From contig NC_043000.1 in the NCBI RefSeq assembly GCF_006345805.1, forward strand, positions 143,530,001-143,594,000: a DNA stretch of 64,000 nt. Direction: 5' to 3'. Every line of letters begins with the position of its first letter. Within the stretch, counting starts at the first letter, position 1. The notes under the pieces were generated by a model. That model ran no database searches. It saw only the letters and a program-made list of their open reading frames with translations, and had not been told where the DNA came from. Source of the DNA: Octopus sinensis. Taxonomy: Eukaryota. Shown in pieces: positions 55,366 to 64,000 of the stretch. The translations under genes were made by a program, and so were the position numbers.

Positions 55366-55739
55366 GGCGCAGGAGTGGCTATGTGGTAAGTAGCTTGCTT
55401 ACCAACCACATGGTTCATTCCCACTGCGTGGCACCTTGGGCGAGTGTCTTCTACTATAGCCTCGAGCCGACCAAAGCCTTGCGAATGGATTTGGTAGACG
55501 GAAACTGAAACAAGCCCGTCGTATATATGTATTCATGAGTATGTGTGTGCATTTGCTTGTATGTCTGTATTTATCACCTCAACATCGCTTGACAACCAAT
55601 AGTGGTGTGTTTACGGCCCCGTACTTAGCGGTTCGGCGAAAAAGACCGATAGAATAAGTCCTGTAGTCTTACAAAGAATAATTCATGGGGTTGATATGAT
55701 AATGACTGAAACAATTAAAATAATAAAAGAGTAAAAGAG
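55366..55739 (+). mobile_element. SINE family B with small deletions
   Basis: Head ggcgcaggagtggct through tail aaagagtaaaagag. Confidence 0.9.
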
Positions 55740-57459
55740 CTACTTTTTCCAGCTTTGCAAAATGTAACTGAGTTCTTTTCAGCGTGATGTTTTTACTCGA
55801 GTTGATGTATTGCTCAGGATCATAGCGAAGCCCATTTTGACCAGTATACAAAGCTTTGGAGATCCAATTAGGACAGTTTAAAATCATACTCTTCCAGAGA
55901 CGAATAAATAGATATTTTCCTTACACATTCTTAGCTGGATTTGAAAAGGAGCTGTGAAGAACCTGAACACGAAATGAACAAGAGAGATGGACGACTGCAT
56001 TACACTGTAAAATGCAATTAAGTAAAAGAAATTATTTAATACTTGAGAATCTACGTGGCATGTCTTGAAGATGTTGAAGTAAATTTTTCCATGTATCTAT
56101 GTAACCCTCTCTCTCTCTCACTTTCACTTACTCTCAGTCTATCTAACTGTCTGTCTGTGTGTCTGTCTATTATATATTATATATGAGAATTAATATATGT
56201 GCATATGCGAACTTGTGTATTTGGTATGTCTCTACGGGTGTGCGTAATGTGCGTATGCGTCGAATGAGTTTGTCTATCATAGAATGTAGATGTATGTTTC
56301 TACTCACCCACAATTCAAAATTATAGCTTGTAATTGTATAAATATAAAGAAAAATGAAATCGTTATTTCATTTCTTCCTACAGTTATTCAATATTCCTTT
56401 CTCCATTCTTTCCTTCTTTCTATATTTCGATATTTATTTATTGATTTATTTATTCATCAAATTTATCTTCATCTCTTTCTTTCGTTTTGAACTCATATAT
56501 TTCCGTCTCTACGGTTAATCGCTGTGAGATCTCTGTGCATTAAAGGATTATAACGTTTTGAAACAAAAGAAGAAAAACAATTTCTTCTTGGGGGATTACT
56601 TATTCGGAGAATATGAGATTTACTCAAGCATATACAATTTTTCTTTGACGTCATATATATATATATATACATATACATACATACATGCATACACTGATAC
56701 ACAGATACACAAACACATACACACAAACACAAACACAAGCGCAAGTATGTATGTATATATATTACACATTATAAGCATACGTATGTGTCTTGCATACTTG
56801 CACATATTTTTTCATGTATGTGTGTATATATATTTGTACATTCACGTCCCTCTATCCCCCCCTTCCCCTTCCTCCATCTCTCTATTTCTCTCTCTCGATA
56901 CATGTATATATATATTTATATATATGTACACTTCTGTGCATATGTATATGCGCAATCATAAATATACATACGCATACAGACATACCCACGGGTATCGACC
57001 TACACGCACTCGTACACATTTCTATATGGCTGCACAAACTATATATTCATATATTTGCATATATGTATACACAGTGGAGCATACGCATGCATATACGTAA
57101 TTATACATACATATGGAGAGAGACGGTTAGAGAGACTGAGAGAGAGAGAAAAATGAAAATATCCATGTAAGTACAAATATCCATATTCATGGGCCCTACT
57201 ACTCTTTGGGGAAAAACTCTGTTCAGTCGCATTCTTCTGTTATTTGAAGTTACCTATTACCCGCCTTAAGCACCAATACTGAAATAATAATAATATCAAT
57301 GATGTCGCAGGCAAAATATCTTAGTATTTCACAAAGAGTTGTAAACTACATAACCATCTCACTAGAATATATATTTTTTATTACACTGGAATGACTATTG
57401 CTACTACTGGTTTTTAGTTTAGGCGCATGGCTTACAAATTTGCAGGAGGAAGGTGTTTC

Positions 57460-57775
57460 GATACTAGCGACCCTTGCGCGGAAAGTTCATTTTATCAGCC
57501 CCGGAGCAATGAAAGTTAAAGTTGACCCAACGTGATTTGAAATCAGATCATCGATAGGGGTAATTTCACAAGGTAATTTCAATGATAGTACCGGGTCGTC
57601 ATTATCATTAATAACGACTCGAATAATATTAGTTTCAAATTTTAGCACAAGATCAAACATTTCAATAGGTGTGAGCTAAAACATGGGCCCAAGTGCTCAG
57701 CTGATAATTGTTTTATCAAGCACGAAAGGCTTAAAGACACAATCGGCAAGTGTACCGGTTGAACTTTAAATGTCA
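57460..57775 (-). mobile_element. Two very old SINE family A-like remnants (~57460-57547 and ~57688-57775)
   Basis: ttttatcagccccggagcaatgaaagttaaagttgacc and cccaagtgctcagctgataattgttttatcaagcacgaaagg resemble the reverse-complement core. Confidence 0.5.
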
Positions 57776-58080
57776 GTTCGGAAAAAATGGCAGTAAGCAA
57801 TACTAGTAATAATAATAACCACTCTTCGACCAATACTCTGCAAAGATCGATGGACAGGTAACAATCCAAAGATAAATTCAAGAATGGCTCAGAGGCTCTT
57901 GTCTATAAGTGTGGGTACATGTGCTGGTTGCTAGTGCGGTGACATACTTTGTTGGTCATATAGAAAAATGCTACTCTAGAGAGTAGTGGCTATTTACTAT
58001 TAGACCTGATGCTACTCTTAGTTTCTTGAAAACCATCAGTGTTTATGCCACGCAGGCTCACATACACACAAATAAACGAA

Positions 58081-58310
58081 GGCGGCAAGCTGGCAGAAAC
58101 GTTAGCACGCCGGGCGAAATGCGTTGCCGTGTTTCGTCTGCCGTTACGTTCCGAGTTCAAATTCCGCCGAGGTCAACTTTGCCTTTCAGCCTTCCGGGGT
58201 CGATAAATTAAGTACCAGTTACGCACTGGGGTCGATGTAATCGACTTAATCCGTTTGTCTGTCCTTGTTTGTCTCCTCTGTGTTTAGCCCCTTGTGGGTA
58301 GTAAAGAAAA
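58081..58310 (+). mobile_element. SINE family A, full length
   Basis: Same head, core and tail as the other family A copies. Confidence 0.9.
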
Positions 58311-59417
58311 AAATATATATAAACAGACAATAGATGTCGCCCACTGCATGCAGCTTCATAATTTGCCGTGTTGCCCAAATATTGAAACGCCGAAACATTC
58401 GATATCAAATCTACACGAACTGTATCATTTATGCAAAGCTGTATTCAGTTACTAATATAAAATTATTCTTAAAATCTGGCGAAATTTTTCGTAAAATTTC
58501 CTAAGACATGAATAAAGCGATATTTGAAACTTACATTTTATTGTGACTTAACCTCGTAGTGTGTCTTATTTCCACACCAATAATGTCAAAAGAGTGAAAT
58601 ATATTGATATTGTTCTGATAATTTTATTATATTAAACAAGACAAATTTTGTCTTATATTCATTTATGAAACCACTTCTTGAATAAACTCTTTGTCGTGTA
58701 TACACTTAGTAAAACCATACTATTCAATTATACTATGATTATACGTTATTTTAGTCTCCGATTATAGATAATGTTAACCCCGATGTAAGATGTTGTGTTG
58801 GAGCTAGTGGCTACCACACTCTCGTACAACACATTAGCTTTCTTCTTTATCTCATCTTATTTTCATTTCGGATGTCACGACACCACTGATAAATACACTG
58901 GGAAATACACACCAAATATAGGAGTTTCTCACAATATTTGACCGCCTTAAACTCACACACCCACGGTCCTAGAGTCACCCTCCGCTCGTTCTCTCACTCA
59001 CCTACTTTAAGACGTTTATCTCATTCTCCTCCTCCTCCTACCCCTCCATTAACCATTCCTTTTAATGCTTCAATCTTACATTGTTGTTCATTAATGTCAA
59101 GTGATATTCCTTTTACCTTCCATCCGAATGTCTTTTCCGTTTGTCTATATATTTCTTAAGTTGAGACTTCTTATATAGCGCCAACTCACTCATGCGTTTC
59201 CCTTTGTTTTCGTCCCTACACTACCACATCCTTTTCCTCCCTTTCTGTCTCCACTCACTCTCTTTGTAATAATACAACAAGCAACAAATCTATATACACA
59301 GTGCTTCCTGCTGCAATCGGTGGGTGCCATGTCTCATATTAGATGTGCTGGAAAAACGCTGAGATGTTTCAAAGCAGCTATAAGTTATGAAACACCGAGT
59401 AATAAATGAAATGACGA

Positions 59418-59720
59418 GGAGGCACATCGCCTAGTGTTTAGAGCAGCGAACTCGCGGACGAGGGAGTGCGGCTTCGAATCTCAGTTCGGGTGATGCGTGC
59501 GTTTAGAGCGAAACATCTAGGCGCCACGCGGTTCTCGAAGAAGGTTATGGCTAACTTCTGCTGACTCTTTCGCTACAAATTTTTCTCACTCTTTCTTCCT
59601 GCATCTAGCACTTCCCTAGCGACGGACCGGCGTCCCGTCCAGGAGGGGAACCTATACGCCAACGAAACCGGGAAACCGGCCCTTATGAGCCAGACACAGC
59701 TCGAGAAGGAACAAACAACA
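59418..59720 (+). mobile_element. tRNA-derived SINE family C (V-domain-like 3' part)
   Basis: tRNA-like head ggaggcacatcgcctagtgtttagagc..ggcttcgaatctc, internal gcgacggaccggcgtcccgtccagg and gaaaccgggaaaccggccc, and an (ACAA)-like tail. GC-rich against AT-rich flanks. Confidence 0.75.
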
Positions 59721-60241
59721 AATAAAATGACAATCATCGTTGTGACAAACAAAAGTTAGTTTGGGTGATAGAGAAGTGTCAACAGACATATGTCAAGCAA
59801 TTCCCATACAACTATATATCTCGAACAAGGAGGGCTAGTCTAGGGGTAACATGAATATTTTATCAGTACACAAGAACTGACATTAAGTACAACAGGTTTT
59901 TGTTCGTGTTTTATAAATCCACTCGACACAGGCAACTGACAATGCATTGAATTACAGTAATTTATCATCTAATTACTAAAGTCGGTTAATTAGATACTAG
60001 GGTTAATTGCATAATTATTTCAATCTCTTGAGCTATGCAATTAAGATGATTCTATATCTATGTGTATAACCATTATTTTACAGATTGATTGATGGATGTA
60101 TGTATGTAAGCAAATATGTATGTGTGTATGAACATTCTAGAGTAAACGCTACATATATTTTCGTTTACCTAAACTGTAGGAATTTGCATCAATCCTGTTG
60201 TGATCTTATCGTACAAAGGATTAAATGTATGTATGTATGTA

Positions 60242-60274
<33 letters not shown>

Positions 60275-60547
60275 AACCTGAGTCAATGTGGAGGAGAGGA
60301 TACGATGTACAATTAGGTATATAAGACTGTTAGGTTAATCGGTCGAGAAACCGAACAATTTCCATACGCGCAAAAAATGATCTATCGTATTTCTTCAAGT
60401 GGTTATTGCGGGAGACATTATATCCTACTTGGACAATCATATCTCTATCGAGCGGCAGAGTGTTTCCTGTTGCGATCGGTGAGTGTCAAGTCTCATATTA
60501 GATATCGCTGCTGTGCTGTAACAACCCTTACAAGTTTCAAAGCAGCT

Positions 60548-60631
60548 ATAAGCTATGAAACACCGAGTAATAAACTTCTAGATTATTTCATAAGCTATGA
60601 AACACCGAGTAATAAACTTCTAGATTATTTC
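60548..60631. repeat. Perfect 42-bp tandem duplication
   Basis: ataagctatgaaacaccgagtaataaacttctagattatttc occurs twice in tandem. Confidence 0.93.
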
Positions 60632-60939
60632 ATTCCTGTCATTCATTGAACTAGGAATTAATTGCTCGCTAACTGACTCCTTTAAGTGTGAGTGGCATAT
60701 ATGGCTACATAGTTAGAGACAGTTATCTCTAGCTTTACAAGGTAAGAATGGAAATTAATTTTGTTAAACAGCATCTGTGTATGTTATTTATTAGCTAAAA
60801 TTCTTACTAGAGACTAGGTACCTTTAAAAGTTACTTCTATGGATAGGCGTATCAGGCTCGTTGTATTAAATTGAATTAAATTGTGTTCAAAGAGTTTTAT
60901 GGTATATGTAAGTTGAATGCACATTGCATAGTTATTATT

Positions 60940-61024
60940 TACCGCCGAGTGCAGTTTTCCCTTCATACTTTCAGGGTCGATAAAATAAGGTTCCAGTCAA
61001 GTATTTTGATCGAATCTATCGACT
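60940..61024 (+). mobile_element. Old SINE family A core remnant
   Basis: cttcatactttcagggtcgataaaataagg..ccag resembles the family A core. Confidence 0.6.
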
Positions 61025-61570
61025 TCCACCTCGGCGAAAAGTATTGGCCTTCAGACAAAATGAGAAAGAATTACTAGTTAATGATTATTCCGTTAAAATT
61101 AGGTGCAACCTTTAGTTACGACAATAAATCTATATTCAACAGGTAAACGCTCCATCGGGAAAAAAAAATATATGTAGAAATAGATTTACTCAATGCGTGT
61201 GCATTTTACTGTCCTTATTTCGGCTCTTATAGTTTAATTCCACTAAACTCGTATTGTTGCGTGATCAGAAAGGTCGTATGCGAACTGACGGAGGATACAA
61301 TGTGATATACACAGCCCATCAATAATTAGAGAAATGAAGGTATTAAAATTGATAATTTATTATATCATTTACACATGTTTGGGTGTTGAGTAATAAAGTA
61401 CATCACATTATAAATGCAATGCATAGATGCACCTTGGAAGAGCAGCATAGGTAATCAAAAGCGTAAAAAAATCGTAAAGCACAGAGAATGATTGAATATA
61501 GTAAGGAAATGAGCTGTTGGTGTAGGATCAGAAAGCAAGTATGGCGAAGCTGATAATATACATGTAAATA

Positions 61571-61803
61571 GGCGGCGGGTTGGCAGAAAGGTTAGCACGC
61601 TGGGCGAAATGCGTAGCCGTATTTCGTCTGTCGTTACGTTCCGAGTTCAAATTCCGTCCAGGGCCGACTTTGCCTTTCATCCTCTCGGAGTCGATAAATT
61701 AAGTACCAGTTTACGCACTGGGGTCAATATAATAGACTTAATCCGTTTGTCTGTCCTTGTTTGTCCCCTCTGTGTTTAGCCCCATGTGGGTAGTAAATAA
61801 ATA
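61571..61803 (+). mobile_element. SINE family A, full length, perfect 16-bp TSD
   Basis: aatatacatgtaaata at 61555-61570 and 61804-61819. Confidence 0.93.
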
Positions 61804-62768
61804 AATATACATGTAAATATGAATGTGTGCATGTATGTGTGTGTGTGTGAATGCATAAATATGCACACAATCACACACATATTCACTCACAGACACGCGC
61901 ATGCTTACATACGCACACATTCACACACATATATTTTGTTAATTTTTCAGATCAACTGAAAATATACACATGTAAACATTTTAGAACACATTATTGGCTG
62001 TGTATATGTATACATGTTATTAAATTAAAACTATCCATATTTATGCCACATGCATAGATTCACCCGGAAATAGCCACATGTGGCTGCAAAAGTTTATTTT
62101 GGGAGAATAACTATGAGCATTTGTGATTGTCACTTTATGTGTACGCGTTTGTTTATACGTACGGCTGTCCATATTCTTGCGTGCGTATGTGTGTTTCTAT
62201 TTTTGTGTGTGTATATGTGAATGTGAGTGAGTGAGTAGGCGTGTGTGTGCGTGGGTACGCCTGCTTCATATTTCATATTTCTCATTCACCCTTTATAGTC
62301 GCTTAGGTTAATGTCGCCTATTAAATTATCATCTGACAGTTATGTTGCAATATCAGTTACACAACAGTTATTTAAAGGCAAATGTGCATTTATTCGAAAT
62401 AATTTTCTTTCTATAAATGTCAGTGGGACTTAATATGCGAAGTTCATTAATCCCTTTTATCCATCACCTTTAAGCGCGCAGCCATCCGTTATCTTCTTAA
62501 ACCCATAGTGAAATATGTAATGAAAACTATAAAGCGGTTAGAGAGTGTTAGTTCTTTAATTAGATTCTTCATACAATCTATGTTATTGGACAGTTTACTT
62601 TTATTAGTCTCTTCTACACTCTGTGTTCACTAAGGGTCAAGTAATATTAATTTCAAGAACTGGCATAAGGCCAGAAATCACTTAAACATTGCGGACCCTT
62701 CACATGATACAAAACTAATTTTTGATTGGAACACATACACGCGCACATACACACACACACATATATAC

Positions 62769-62845
<77 letters not shown>

Positions 62846-62907
62846 TATATATATGATTGATTTTTCCAGTTTCAGCTAATGAGCTGTGGCCATGCTGGGG
62901 CACCGCC

Positions 62908-62940
<33 letters not shown>

Positions 62941-62953
62941 GTATGTAGATATA

Positions 62954-63014
<61 letters not shown>

Positions 63015-63088
63015 CTATATATATAATATATATAAATAAATATATATGTATGTATATATATAGCTATATATATCTTTATAACTATATC

Positions 63089-63174
<86 letters not shown>

Positions 63175-63693
63175 TACATACATAATAATAAAAGTGTAAA
63201 ATTAATCAATTGATTGCTTGCTTGATTCATTGATTATTTGATAGATTCATTTTACGTTTTTGTTATTGAAATTATAATTTACGTCCTGACCAAAAACTGC
63301 AGTTTCTGCGGGATTGCTCGTAGCACACACGTGGGTATTGAGGCTAAATATATGTTCACATTCGGCAGTATATATTTGTAAGTGTTGGTTGAATATCAGT
63401 TATGCGATGGCGTTTGATCGCATACATATGTAATCCTAACGCTCTCAAATTTATATTTGGAAATGCTGCACAGAAGATGAGAAATAAGTAAGTAAATATA
63501 GCTTTACTTTAATCTCGACACTCGTATGTAGATAATCTGAGTCATATGGATTCATTATTTTTTCTTTTTGCCTGGGGAAAAGGGAGACTTTTTGCGGGTA
63601 GAAAACGCATTTAACACCTATTTATAAATTAGGTGCGTGGCGACGCAATTAGCTGACCCCTCTTTATAATTATTTTTATAATTATAGAATATT

Positions 63694-63737
<44 letters not shown>

Positions 63738-64000
63738 CAAATCACAATAAGGGTGAAAAAATTGTATATTAATTAATAATATCAATTCAAAACACCAAGT
63801 GGCCCAGCGTAAAAAAAGGCTGGAATACAGTAAAAATTATTAATACAAGTAATAACGCTAGAGTGACATTCTTGGCGTGTTGAATTAATGCTTGAGAACA
63901 AATCTTTAGTGGTGGATTCCCTTTGCGGATCTATAACTAGCGTTAAAGTGGCCACATGTGGTGTCTCTCTCTTTATAATTGTATATATATATATATATTA

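Noticed and set aside
59418-59490. tRNA-like sequence
   Set aside because: No proper cloverleaf or acceptor stem; it continues into a SINE body.
60548-60631. CRISPR-like repeat
   Set aside because: Two abutting copies with no spacers, no cas genes, and a eukaryotic context.

Overview
AT-rich, microsatellite-dense eukaryotic non-coding DNA (intergenic or a large intron). The SINE families and repeat landscape suggest a cephalopod, probably Octopus; this is an inference. I recognise no host exon, tRNA, rRNA or CRISPR array, and nearly all supplied ORFs are translations of simple repeats or SINEs. The window is a mobile-element graveyard. It holds three tRNA-derived SINE families (one with a Meta-type core, including two dimers with TSDs), fragments of R4/Dong-clade, CR1-type and RTE-type LINEs, and several Penelope-like remnants with inverted pseudo-LTRs and minimal hammerhead-ribozyme cores. 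It also holds a non-autonomous Helitron, an internally deleted Helitron and a Helentron/HINE-like element. The most interesting signals are the repeated hammerhead cores (including an unusual permuted arrangement), a candidate (TAA)n-targeting LINE plus non-autonomous partner, and a candidate dimeric SINE subfamily. I cannot support a wholly new biological system from this sequence. Coordinates were read by eye and may be off by a few bases.
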